Of a DNA stretch of 64,000 bases, positions 48,919 to 60,515 are shown one piece after another (the first letter of the stretch is position 1; each line of letters begins with the position of its first letter). The notes beneath the pieces were generated by a model, which was given only the letters and a program-made list of their open reading frames with translations, made no database searches and had not been told where the DNA came from. The translations under genes were made by a program, and so were the position numbers. The DNA is from Malacoraja senta (Eukaryota): the NCBI GenBank assembly GCA_038087875.1, contig CM076001.1, positions 994,001 through 1,058,000 of the forward strand, in the 5' to 3' direction.

Positions 48919-49845
48919 ATGTCAGGCAAGCTGATTCAGTGTGATGCTTGCAGTATGAGGGAGGTCAAGGACACTGCTGGTGCCTCTGGCAGCTACAAAT
49001 GTGAGAAGTGCATCCAGGTACAGCTCCTGAAGGACCGTGTTGGGGAACTGGAGAAGCAAGTGGATGACCTCAGGTTCGTCCGAGAAACTGAGTCCTTCCT
49101 CGACAAGTCCTACAGTAAGATTATTACACCTAAGGTACTGGAAGAGAGAAGGTGGGTGACGGTGAGAAAGGGAGGGAAGCATGGAATGCAAACGTCCCCG
49201 GGTGTTGTACCTCTTGTGAACAGGTTCACCCACTTAGAAGGTGTCAGAACAGAAGACGTTATTACACTGAGCGGCGGACTGGCTTGCGAAGCAAAAAGGG
49301 TTGTTGAGCCAAAACCAAAGAGGCCAACGTCAGGCAACGCCATTGTAGTTGGAGACTCCATTGTGAGAGGTACGGACAGGGGTTTCTGCGGCAACAGACA
49401 GGATTCGAGGATGGTGTGCTGCCTTCCTGGTGCCTGGATCCAGGATGTCACGGACAGAGTGCAGAAAATCCTCAAGGGCGAAGGTGAACAGCCGGAAGTG
49501 GTAGTGCATGTCGGCACAAACGATGTCGGAAAGAAGGGGATGAATATTCTGCAGCGTGACTTTAGAGAGCTTGGAGAAATGCTGAAAAGCAGGACCTCCA
49601 GGGATGTTATCTCCGGTTTGCTTCCAGTTCCTCGTGCTGGCGAGAGCAGGAAAAGGGAGATACGGGACCTGAATGTGTGGCTGAGGAACTGGTGCACGGG
49701 GCAGGGATTTAGATTCTTAGATCACTGGGATCTGTTTTGGAGTAAGGGGGAACTGTACAAAAGGGACGGATTGCATCTTAACAGATGGGGGACCAGCATT
49801 CTGGCAGGCAGGTTTGCCACTGCTACATGGGTGGTTTTAAACTGA
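48919..49845 (+). CDS. CR1 ORF1p: CxxC..CxxC zinc finger, coiled coil, SGNH/GDSL esterase-like domain (308 aa, open)
   Basis: CDAC...CEKC; VGDSIVRG, VHVGTND, DGLHLN blocks. Confidence 0.9.
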   Translation: MSGKLIQCDACSMREVKDTAGASGSYKCEKCIQVQLLKDRVGELEKQVDDLRFVRETESFLDKSYSKIITPKVLEERRWVTVRKGGKHGMQTSPGVVPLVNRFTHLEGVRTEDVITLSGGLACEAKRVVEPKPKRPTSGNAIVVGDSIVRGTDRGFCGNRQDSRMVCCLPGAWIQDVTDRVQKILKGEGEQPEVVVHVGTNDVGKKGMNILQRDFRELGEMLKSRTSRDVISGLLPVPRAGESRKREIRDLNVWLRNWCTGQGFRFLDHWDLFWSKGELYKRDGLHLNRWGTSILAGRFATATWVVLN

Positions 49846-49934
49846 ATAAGGGGGATGGGGTGTCAAATGGGATAGTCGAGGATGGAGTTAAAGGGAAAGG
49901 GTTTCTTAAATGTGTGAGCAGAGAGAGGTGTAAA

Positions 49935-52900
49935 ATGAGGGTAGAAGCAATAGGTAGCAAGGTGAAAAGTAAAAGTGGCAGGCAGACAAATCCAGGGCAA
50001 AAATCAAAAAGGGCCACTTTTCAACATAATTGTATAAGGGGTAAGATTGTTGTAAAAACAAGCCTGAAGGCTTTGTGTCTCAATGCAAGGAGCATTCGTA
50101 ATAAGATGGATGAGTTGACTGTGCAGATAGCTATTAATCCAATCCATTCCAACTTTATTTGTTAAGCACTTTAAAACAACCAATGTTGACCAAAGTGCTG
50201 TACAGAAGACTAAACAAGACATCATAAACAGGCAACATAACAGAACATAACATAACAGCTCACATGAGACGCAAAAATTACATATGAAATACAACAATAA
50301 ATTAAAAGACATAAAACACGAGTAAAAATAATAGCCGCGCAATAAAAGCAATCAAAAAAGAAATTAAATCAAGTAAATAAAGTCGACATCTTACTGGGTA
50401 TCAAAGGCCATGGAGTAGAGATGGGTTTTAAGAAGTGATTTAAAAACAGACAGGGAAGAGGCCTGTTTAATGTGGAGAGGCAGATCGTTCCATAATTTGG
50501 GTGCCGACATAGAAAAGGCACGGTCCACTCTGAGCTTCAGCTTAGTTTTAGGTCCACTCAGGAGCAGCTGATTATCTGACCTGAGAGAGCGGGCGGGTGT
50601 ATACGGGTGTAGAAGCTCAGCTAGGTAGGGCGGGGCAAGACCATTCAGGGATTTAAAAGCAAATAAAAGAATTTTAAAATGGATCCTAAACTGAATAGGC
50701 AACCAGTGGAGTGAGGCTAAAATGTGCGAAATGTGCTCATGTTTACGTGTGCCAGTTAAAAGACGTACAGCTGCATTCTGTACCATCTGGAGACGGGCGA
50801 TGGAGGACCCACTAACCCCCACATACAGTGCATTGCAGTAATCCAGCCGAATGGTAACAAAGGCGTGGATTACCGTCTCAAAGTGCTGCCTTGACAGAAT
50901 TGGCTTTATTTTGGCCAGCTGCCTCAAATGGAAAAAGCTTGATTTAACAACAGCCTTGATTTGACTGTCAAATTTAAGCTCAGGGTCCACTTTAACCCCT
51001 AGGTTTGTGATGCTTGGTTTGATATACTGGGCCAGGGAGCCCAGATCTACAGGGGGGGCCCCAGTGGTGCCACCAAAAACCATTACTTCCGTCTTTTTAT
51101 CATTAAATTTAAAAAAGTTCAGAGCCATCCAGGCCTTTATGTCGTTGAGACACTCAAGTAACAGTCCGACAGAGTGTTCATCCTTCTTTTTAAGAGGCAC
51201 ATAAATCTGACTGTCGTCTGCATAAAAGTGGAATGAAATTCCGTGCTTCCTAAGTATGGAACCAAGTGGGAGCAAATAGAGAGAAAAGAGGAGAGGGCCA
51301 AGAACTGAGCCCTGTGGGACCTCACACGAGAGATGACTATGAGATAGTTGGGATCACGGAGACATGGCTACAGGGTGACCAAGGCTGGGAGCTGAACATC
51401 CAGGGATATTCAATATTCAAGAGGGATAGACAGAAAGGAAAAGGAGGTGGGGTAGCGTTGCTGGTTAGAGAGGAGATTAACGCAATAGAAAGGAAGGACA
51501 TTAGCTTGGAGGATGTGGAATCTATATGGGTAGAGCTGCGAAACACTAAGGGGCAGAAAACGCTAGTGGGTGTTGTGTACAGGCCACCTAACAGTAGTAG
51601 TTTAGTTGGGGATGGCATCAAACAGGAAATTAGAAATGCATGCAACAAAGGTAAAACAGTTATAATGGGTGACTTCAATCTACATATAGATTGGGTGAAT
51701 CAAATTGGCAGGGGTGCTGAGGAAGAGGATTTCTTGGAATGTATGCGGGATAGTTTTCTAAACCAACATGTAGAGGAACCAACGAGAGAGCAGGCTATTC
51801 TAGACTGGGTATTGAGTAATGAGGAAGGGTTAGTTAGCAGTCTTGTTGTGCGTGGCCCCTTGGGCAAGAGTGACCATAATATGGTTGAGTTCTTCATTAG
51901 GATGGAGAGTGACATAATTAATTCAGAAACAAGGGTTCTGAACTTAAAGAAAGGTAACTTTGAGGGTATGAGATGTGAAATGGCCAAGATAGACTGGCAA
52001 TTGATTCTTAAAGGGTTGACGGTGGATATGCAATGGAAGGCATTTAAAGGCTGCATGGATGAACTACAACAATTGTTCATCCCAGTTTGGCAAAAGAATA
52101 AATCAGGGAAGGTAGTGCATCCGTGGATAACAAGGGAAATCAGGGATAGTATCAAAACAAAAGATGAAACATACAAATTAGCCAGAAAAAGCAGCCTACC
52201 AGAGGACTGGGAGAAATTCAGAGTCCAGCAGAGGAGGACAAAGGGCTTAATTAGGAAAGGGAAAATAGATTATGAAAGAAAACTGGCAGGGAACATAAAA
52301 ACTGACTGGAAAAGTTTTTATAGATATGTGAAGAGAAAAAGAGTAGTTAAAACAAATGTAGGTCCCTTGCAGTCAGAAACAGGTGAATTGATCATGGGGA
52401 ACAAGGACATGGCAGACCAATTGAATAACTACTTTGGTTCTGTCTTCACTAAGGAAGACATAAATAATCTGCCGGAAATAGCAGGGGACCGGGGGTCAAA
52501 TGAGATGGAGGAACTGAGTGAAATCCAGGTTAGCCGGGAAGTGGTGTTAGGTAAATTGAATGGATTAAAGGCCGATAAATCCCCAGGGCCAGATAGGCTG
52601 CATCCAAGAGTATTAAGGTAGTAGCCCCAGAAATAGTGGATGCATTAGTGATAATTTTTCAAAACTCTTTAGATTCTGGAGTAGTTCCTGAGGATTGGAG
52701 GGTAGCTAATGTAACCCCACTTTTTAAAAAGGGAGGGAGAGAGAAAACGGGGAATTACAGACCAGTTAGTCGAACATCGGTAGTGGGGAAACTGCTAGAG
52801 TCCGTTATTAAAGATGGGATAGCAGCACATTTGGAAAGTGGTGAAATCATTGGACAAAGTCAGCATGGATTTATGAAAGGTAAATCATGTCTGACGAATC

Positions 52901-54060
52901 TTATAGAATTTTTCGAGGATGTAACTAGTAGAGTGGATAAGGGAGAACCAATGGATGTGTTATATCTGGACTTTCATAAGGCTTTCGACAAGGTCCCACA
53001 TAAGAGATTAGTATACAAACTTAAAGCACATGGTATTGGGGGTTCAGTATTTATGTGGATAGAGAACTGGCTGGCAGACAGGAAGCAAAGAGTAGGAGTA
53101 AACGGGTCCTTTTCAGAATGGCAGGCAGTGACTAGTGGGGTACCGCAAGGCTCAGTGCTGGGACCCCAGCTATTTACAATATATATTATTGATTTGGACG
53201 AGGGAATTGAATGCAACATCTTTAAGTTTGCGGATGACACGAAGCTGGGGGGCAGTGTTAGCTGTGAGGAGGATGCTACGAGGCTGCAAGGTGACTTGGA
53301 TAGGCTGGGTGAGTGTGCAAATGAATGGCAGATGCAGTATAATGTGGATAAATTTGAGGTTATCCACTTTGGTGGCAAAAACAGGAAAGTAGACTATTAT
53401 CTGAATGGTGGTCGATTAGGAAAAGGGGAGATGCAACGAGACCTGGGCGTCATGGTATACCAGTTATTGAAAGTAGGCATGCAGGTGCAGCAGGCAGTGA
53501 AGAAAGCAAATGGTATGTTAGCATTCATAGCAAAGGATTTGAGTATAGGAGCAGGGAGATTCTAGTTGTACATGGTCTTGATGAGACCACACCTGGAGTA
53601 TTGCGTACAGTTTTGGTCTCCTAATCTGAGGAAAGACATTCTTGCCATAGAGGGAGTACAGAGAAGGTTCACCAGACTGATTCCTGGGATGTCAGGACTT
53701 TCATATGAAGAAAGACTGGATAGACTTGGCTTGTACTCGCTAGAATTTAGAAGATTGAGGGGGGATCTTATAGAAACTTACAAAATTCTTAAGGGGTTGA
53801 ACAGGCTAGATGCAGGAAGATTGTTCCCGATGTTGGGGAAGTCCAGAACAAGGGGTCACAGTTTAAGGATTAGGGGGAAATCTTTTAGGACCGAGATGAG
53901 AAAAACATTTTTTACACAGAGAGTGGTGAATCTCTGGAATTCTCTGCCACAGAAGGTAGTTGAGGCCAGTTCATTGGCTATATTTAAGAGGGAGTTAGAT
54001 GTGGCCCTTGTGGCTAAAGGTATCAGGGGGTATGGAGAGAAGGCAGGTACAGGATACTGA
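49935..54060 (+). pseudogene. CR1 ORF2 (APE + RT), interrupted by L2 and frameshifted at ~52620 and ~53535
   Basis: Near-identical protein to the 26617-29550 copy, in three frames. Confidence 0.9.
50139..51332 (-). mobile_element. Young 5'-truncated L2-clade LINE (RT C-terminal half, open frame)
   Basis: [35 protein letters not shown] ends at 50391; 3' UTR with (GGATT)-type tail. Interrupts CR1 at ...ATTAAT|GACTATG. Confidence 0.92.
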
Positions 54061-54546
54061 GTCGGATGATAAGCCATGATCATATTGAATGGCGGTGCAG
54101 GCTCGAAGGGCCGAATGGCCTACTCCTGCACCTATTTTCTATGTTTCTGTGTTTCTATGATTGGTTCACATGCATTAACCAATCTACAATAGTCCAATCA
54201 GGAGAGTAGGCATGGTTACATTTTCCATCTCTATTCTTTCTCTCTAAACTCGAACCAGATCCCATCATTACCCTGCAGTTCTCCTGTCGTTAACATTAAA
54301 ATTACCGGGCTTGTATTTTAATGGCCATGGGTAGGTGCTAGTTTTCTGAAAGTTGAACCAACTGCATATTGCAGCTTTTAATATACATCTAAATATTTTC
54401 AGTAAATCCTGCAAACGGAAGATATGAAGTCTGCAGTGATATTTTCAGGTACCGAGCATACCTTCTTAGTAAATATTTATAGGGTCAGCACATTAAATAA
54501 TTGGAATTGATCTTGATTCCCAGCAAAAATGTTTATTACCAACCAC

Positions 54547-55375
54547 GGGGGCGCCGTCGAGTATGGCTGCCCTGCCAGCAGCTGTTAGTCTTTTAACCCT
54601 TATTTTTATTTTTAGTTAGTTAAAAGTGTTTGTGTTGGAGGTCTTTTAGTCTTTTTATGTGGGGGGTGGGTGGTGGGGGGGATGGGGGAAAGGGGAAACT
54701 ATTTTTCTCAGTACCTACCTGGTCGGAGATGCGGCTTTTCTCCGAGCCGTATCTTCGCCCCTTCCTCGCGGCCTACAGGCAGACTGGAGCGGCGTTTTCC
54801 TGCCGGGGCCGGCCAGGACTTCAGCTTCGGCGGTGGCTCAGCACTGAGGCACCATCGTGGAGCGGGCGATGCCTAACCCGGGTCGCTGTGCAGCAAGTTC
54901 CGGAGAGCTGCGGTCTGCAGAGCTTCCAGCCGCGGGCAGCGCTGAACTTTAAACACCACGGAGCCTGGGTTCTCACGATGAGGTCGCCAGAGTAGGAGCT
55001 CCGACCAGCACGGCTCGTGGACTTTGGGAGCCGCGGTCTCCTGGGAGGAAGCGGCCGCTCAAGACACTCCGGGCCGCTGAGAGTGTTCACCCGACGCCAG
55101 AGCTCCATCATCCGGCGAGAGGACCTGAAGCATCGGGCTGCCGTAGCGGCGACTGCAGAGGCCTCAATAGGCCCGACTATGGGTGAACTGGGGATGGGAC
55201 TGGACTTTTTCTGCCTCCCCCCACAGTGGGAACCATTGTGGGGGGATATTTTTATGTTTATTGTTAAATTCTTTAATGTTGTGTATTATCTTTATTCGTG
55301 TGCTGCATTGGCGTTGAATTTCACTACACCAATTGGTGTATGTGATAATAAATGTCCTTTGTCCTTTGTCCTTTG
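54547..55375 (+). mobile_element. Non-autonomous GC-rich retroposon with LINE-type tail
   Basis: Starts GGGGGCGCCGTCGAGTATGGCTGCC, ends GATAATAAA(TGTCCTT)x3. Same architecture (T-rich tract, G-run, GGAAAC) as 35217-36013. Confidence 0.65.
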
Positions 55376-56009
55376 ACACTCCCAACTTCCACGCACCCCT
55401 TACTCTGCAAAATATCTCCATCCCTCCGCCAGCCAACATTCGCCTCTTGCTGATCCTCAAGTGAACCGTGACCCGTGAGTATTTGATCACTGTGAATATT
55501 GAACACCTCACCCAGAGATAAAATCAGCTGTCAGATTTTCCAACTTCTCAGTTAAAATCCATTTTGTTTTTATCTTCAAATGGATCACACGACAATTCTA
55601 AAAGATTCAGTGGGGTTTTGATACTTACATTCGTTCAATAACTCAATTTGTACACTCAATTTAATTGCCCATTTGTTCGATATTCACAGACAACCACACC
55701 CATCTACTGCAGCAACTGTGGGTTCTGTAAGAAACAGAACTGAGCACTTTGAATTAACAAACTATTTTCGATGGGCTTTAATTCATGAACAAGTTGTAAC
55801 AATGCAATTTATATAATAGGTCAAATAACTTTAAGCAAAACTCCACTGCAGGCATTTAACAGATTTTATTACTACTTACCAAAGTCTGGGATGATGAGGT
55901 TTACTAACTCCTCTAGTGCATTAGGTCAAATCATGCTGGCCAGGGCTTGCAGTTGCAAATTAATTCACTTTTCTTCAAAGATTCTCTCACAATTAACTCA
56001 AAGAATCAA

Positions 56010-56465
56010 GAACAAAGGAAACTGCAGAAAGTAGTGAGCATTGCCTGGTCCATCATGAGTACTGACCTCCCCACCATTGAAAGGATCTACAGCTAGCGCT
56101 GCCTCAGGAAGATCCTCATCAAAGATCCGCACCACCCTGGCCATGCTCGCTTCTTGCTATTATCATTGAGATTAATGTACAGGAGTCTGAGAACTGTGAC
56201 CTCCAGTTTCAAGAACAGCTCATTTTCATCAACCATCAGCTTATTGAACCACCCTGCATAACCCTAGTCACATGCCTAAATTAGCACTGAATTACTGTAG
56301 ACTTTACACTACTTTGGTTGCTCTATGTACTTTGGTTTTTGCACCATCATGGTCCAGTTTTCTTGGAATGATTGATCATTTATTGTATTCCTATTTGTTT
56401 TTGTATCTAGTGTGCCTGTGCCATTGTTCTGGTTCACATATGGTGCATATGATAAATAAACACTC
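56010..56465 (+). mobile_element. Degenerate Rex/Babar LINE 3' fragment
   Basis: KLQKVVSIAWSIMSTDLPTIERIY, IKDPHHPGH remnants; AATAAA tail. Confidence 0.65.
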
Positions 56466-56664
56466 TTGCCTCTCGACCTACACAACACATTGCTTCATCA
56501 CAGCACTTCACTGGAGAATGTGCATCTCGGTAATCCTATGCCAGTCAGATCTCGGGTGGCATAAAGCTCAGCTATTCATTTCAATGGGGATTCATGGCCT
56601 TGAGAATGGAGAAACGTTTTTCTTTAAATCATTCCGCTTTAAATGTTTTTATTGATTACATAAA

Positions 56665-56785
56665 TACATAGATACAGCACCATCATTCAATATGATCATG
56701 GCGGATCATCCACAATCAGTACCCCGTTCCTGCCTTCTCCCCATATCCCTTGACTCCGCTATCTTTAAGAACTCTATCTAACGTG
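56665..56785 (-). mobile_element. Short CR1 3' tail
   Basis: CATAGATAC...GATCATCCACAATCAGTACCCCGTTCCTGCC. Confidence 0.75.
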
Positions 56786-57109
56786 TGATTTATAAGTATT
56801 GTAATGTCTTTTCCACTAATTTTTTTTTTTTTAAAGTTTATAACAATTTTATATTATTGATATCACTTTGTTTTAAAACAAAAAAATTATAGGCATTTAA
56901 AAGCTGGACAAAGCATGACAAAAGTTATACCAGCATGGTTTCATGACTGCCAGTGAGGCCAAGATGCAGCTGAGCATTTGCTGCAACTTAACTCCCAGAA
57001 GAGGAGGGTCAGCTTGCACGGGCTTCAACATCTGCTCCAGTTGAGTGCAGTCAGACAGGGATCACATAACTCTTCCAGGCAAAAGGGGGTGTTTTTAGTA
57101 CAATCCTAA

Positions 57110-57268
57110 CAATAGACAATAGGTGCAGGAGTAGGCCATTCGGCCCTTCGAGCCAGCACCACCATTCACTGTGATTATGGCTGATCATCCACAATCAGTA
57201 CCCCGTTCCTGCCTTCTCACCATATCCCCTGACTCCACTATCTTTAAGAGCTATATCTAACTCTCTTG
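57110..57268 (-). mobile_element. Short CR1 3' tail
   Basis: CAATAGACAATAGGTGCAGGAGTAGGCCATTCGGCCCTTCGAGCC. Confidence 0.8.
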
Positions 57269-58579
57269 TTAATTAACATTGTTAACCAATGTTAATTTTC
57301 CATTTTCCATAAACGACTGGTGTCTGTCTTGTAGTTTCCATTATATCCAGAAAGCTCCAGCCATGTTTGCATTTTGAAACAATACGCAATTAAATAACCC
57401 TTAAAAGAATAAGATGATTTTCCAAAACTTTGCAAATCAGTAATGAAGAGGAAAGCGTATCTATTTCCTGTCCATGTGAACAAGGGTAGAGAATCCAGGC
57501 AATTGAACCACTGGAGGTCACTAGGATGCTATTATAACCCATGTTAAACAGGTGGCACAGACTTGAGCAATGCACAGTACATTTTAACTGCTTCCAGCCA
57601 CGTTGAAAAGTGTTTAACATTGAAACACCGGCCTGCAACTTTGAAATCAGTTTATTCAAGTAAACCTTAGAAGCCCACAAAAGGAACAATGCTTCAATCA
57701 ACCCTGAGAGATCCTGTTTCAAAATTGTAATGTAAGTATTGAAACAAATCGTCTGAAGCATGATTAAAATCTGACAAAACAACATTATTTCATAATAATG
57801 TCCTGCAGCAACATTACGCTACTAGTAACTAAATAGTAGTTTATCACCTTTGCCACTTGCAACAGCACCTATTAATTCTAAGATTCTTGTGTTATGTGTC
57901 CTATTCCCCAGCTGACCATGTTAGTGACAGCACTGGCTTGGCCAATGACATTGAAAAATATTTTCAGTGACAGAGCTACAAATCACTAAAAGGCAAGTTT
58001 AGAACTCAATATTCAGAGAGTGTGCTTTTTAGCTGTTACACCTACACATGCCTTTGTTGCTATGTGCTGCTATTTATTAACACAATGCTGACATAAGTTT
58101 TAGAAAAGTTCTGTCCAATTACTGCTCTTACAGGAAGATTGTTGTTATTTCCCCACCATTCCCTGTTGATACATTCTTTGTTCCACATGGATCTCAAATG
58201 CAAGGTAACTGCTAAGCATTTTAGTAACAATACATTTTATAGATTGCAGCATAAAAATATACCTTGAATTCTGAAGGTAGTTCTCTGCAGGCAGATAATG
58301 TGACATATTGACAAATAAATAAATAATCCATTGTTTAAAAGTGCTAAGAATCATTATCATAAGGCATTTGTAATGTATGATATTTCCTTATGAATGCTGT
58401 TATTCATATAGAAATTCTGTTGATGAATCGTTCATTGTTTTGAGAAATTTGTATGGCAGAGTTGAAGATGAAGGTAGGAAACCAGGAAAGAACATACACC
58501 TATACACATCTGCAATGAATACATACCAAACAAGAAAAGCTAAAATTTTAGAATAATCACCTTTTTATGTATGGGTATT

Positions 58580-58966
58580 GAATCATACACCCAAACTGCA
58601 AGGAAACAAGCTTTTTGACCCAATCCTACCATATTAATCAAGTTGCCTAATCAAGCTAGTCCCACATGCCTGCCACTGGTCCATATCCCTCCAAACAATT
58701 CTTATCCAAGTGTCTTTTAAATATTTGTAATTGTACCTGCCTCTACCATTTTATCTGGCAGTTTTTTCCATATACATACCACCTACTGTGTGAAAAAGTT
58801 ATGTTTTAGATCATGTTAAAATCTTATCCCTTTCACCTATACCCTCTAATTCCCCCACTCTGGGAAAATGATTATGGCCTTTCACCTTAACGATGCCCCT
58901 CGTGATTTAATATACCTCTCTATAAGGTCACCCCTCATGCTCCAACGATCAGGAAAAAAAGTCTTA
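58580..58966 (-). mobile_element. Old CR1 3' fragment, resumes at ~60515-60570 after the MITE and SINE insertions
   Basis: GGAAACAAGCTTTTTGACCCAA tail; ...AAAAGTC|TTAGC...|TATCCAGCCTCTCC continuity. Confidence 0.65.
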
Positions 58967-60185
58967 AGGGCCTGTCGACCTTAGGTGATTTTTTAGGCGA
59001 CTACAGGCGACTAGGCTGTCGCCACATGGTTGCCGGGGTGTTGCCTGTATGGTCGTGAGTATCACCTCAATCGCCCAAAGAGTCGTAGCATTTTTCTGCT
59101 CGCCACTAGATTTTGAACTGTTCAAAAATTTTCAGCGACAGTCGGTGACAGTGGGCTTGACGCCAATGAGCGTAGCTTGACTTCTCCTGACGTAGGTGCT
59201 GTCGTAGGTCGTCGCCTGGATGACGTAGGTTATCGGCAGGTGACGTACGTTGTCGCCGGTGCTGACTTCAGTGAATTCCATTGGCGACTACCTACATGAA
59301 CCTACGTCAACCGGCGACAGGTACCGGCGAATGAATTATCTTAAGTTGTCTTCAGCTGTCGCCGACAGGGTCATAGCTTGTCGTAGCTTATTGCAGGTGG
59401 ACGTAGGTAGTCGTAGGTGTGGTCGTAGGTGGACCTCCAGATGGGTCGCCGGTTGTCGGTAGCTTGATGTAGCTTGACGTCGACTAGGCGGTAGGTTGTT
59501 GTAGCTTGTCGTAGACATTGTCGTAGACATTGTCGTAGGGGGGGTCCAATCGCCGTTTTTTCAGCGACCTGCTATGACTATGACAGTCGCCAGCAGTCGC
59601 CGAAAAAATCACCTTAAGGGGCTGTCCCATTTGGGCGACCTAATTGGCAAGTTTAGAAGAGTTTAGGAGAGTTTGAAAAAATGTCATGTTGAAGACCTCC
59701 TTCGACTAGGTAGAAGACCTCCTTCGACCTCCTTAGACTATGTTGAAGACTAGCTTCAACTAGCTACGACTAGCTACGACTATCTTCGGGAAAATTGGAT
59801 ACCGAATAGTGGAAAGTGAAGACGACCTCCTACGATCTCCTTCGACCTCCCTTCGACTATGATGAAGACTATCTACAACTACCTTCGACTACCCTCGATT
59901 ACCTACGACTAACACGCCGACCTACTACGACCTACTACGACTAAACCTATGAGTAAAAAAAGTATAGATTTTTTCCATGAGGACGTTTTTTTACCCGCGG
60001 GCATTTTTCAACATGTTCAAAAATACGCCGCGACCTAGAGTACACGGGGACTATTCTCGAGCATGAAGGAGAGTTACAAAGACCTCCTACGACCTCGTAT
60101 CGACCATGCTGCAAGTATGAGTCGAGGCCAGAACTCGCGGATTAGGTCGCCCAAGTGGGACAGCCCCTTTAGTGGGACAGGCCCT
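58967..60185. mobile_element. PIF/Harbinger-type MITE (outer)
   Basis: Left TIR AGGGCCTGTCGACCTTAGGTGATTTTT; right TIR AAAAATCACC[TTA..]GTGGGACAGGCCCT; TTA TSD at 58964-58966 and 60186-60188. Confidence 0.85.
59617..60168. mobile_element. PIF/Harbinger-type MITE (inner), inserted in the right TIR of the outer element
   Basis: TIR AGGGGCTGTCCCATTTGGGCGACCTAAT / ATTAGGTCGCCCAAGTGGGACAGCCCCT; TTA TSD at 59614-59616 and 60169-60171. Confidence 0.9.
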
Positions 60186-60202
60186 TTAGCGTTTTAGAAG
60201 CA

Positions 60203-60515
60203 TGGTAGCGCAGCGGCAGAGTTGCTGCCTGACAGCGCTTGCAGTGCCGGTGACCTGGGTTCGATCCCGACTACGAGTGCTGTCTGTACGGAGTTTGTAA
60301 GTTCTCCCCGTGACCGCGTAGGTTTTCTCCAAGATCTTCGGTTCCCTCCCACACTCCAAAGACGTACAGATTTGTAGGTTAATTGGCTTGGTATAAATGT
60401 AAATTGTCCTTAGAGTGTGCAGGACGGTGTTAGTGTGCGGGGATCACTGGTCGGTGCGGACTCGGTGCGCCGAAGTCTTTCCGCGCTGTATCTCTAAACT
60501 AAACGAAACGAAACT
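60203..60515 (+). mobile_element. Full-length V-SINE (HE1-like)
   Basis: A-box TGGTAGCGCAGCGG, B-box GGTTCGATCCC, V-domain, CR1-like tail CTGTATCTCTAAACTAAAC. Confidence 0.9.

Larger units (their letters stand above)
48603..54154 (+). mobile_element. Full-length CR1 (HER1-like) LINE with 5' UTR, ORF1, ORF2, 3' tail
   Basis: TSD CTATGA at 48597-48602 and 54155-54160; (TTTCTATG)n-type tail; ORF2 disrupted by L2 and frameshifts. Confidence 0.95.
43869..54188 (-). mobile_element. Ty3/Gypsy LTR retrotransposon provirus (decayed ORFs, nested insertions)
   Basis: Two ~213-bp LTRs (TG...CA); 5-bp TSD ATAGT at 43864-43868 and 54189-54193; PBS and PPT; gag-PR-RT-RH-INT order. Confidence 0.95.
48418..54188 (-). 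repeat. 5' LTR in two pieces (48418-48602 and 54161-54188), split by a full-length CR1
   Basis: The joined pieces match the 3' LTR with 4 substitutions. Confidence 0.95.
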
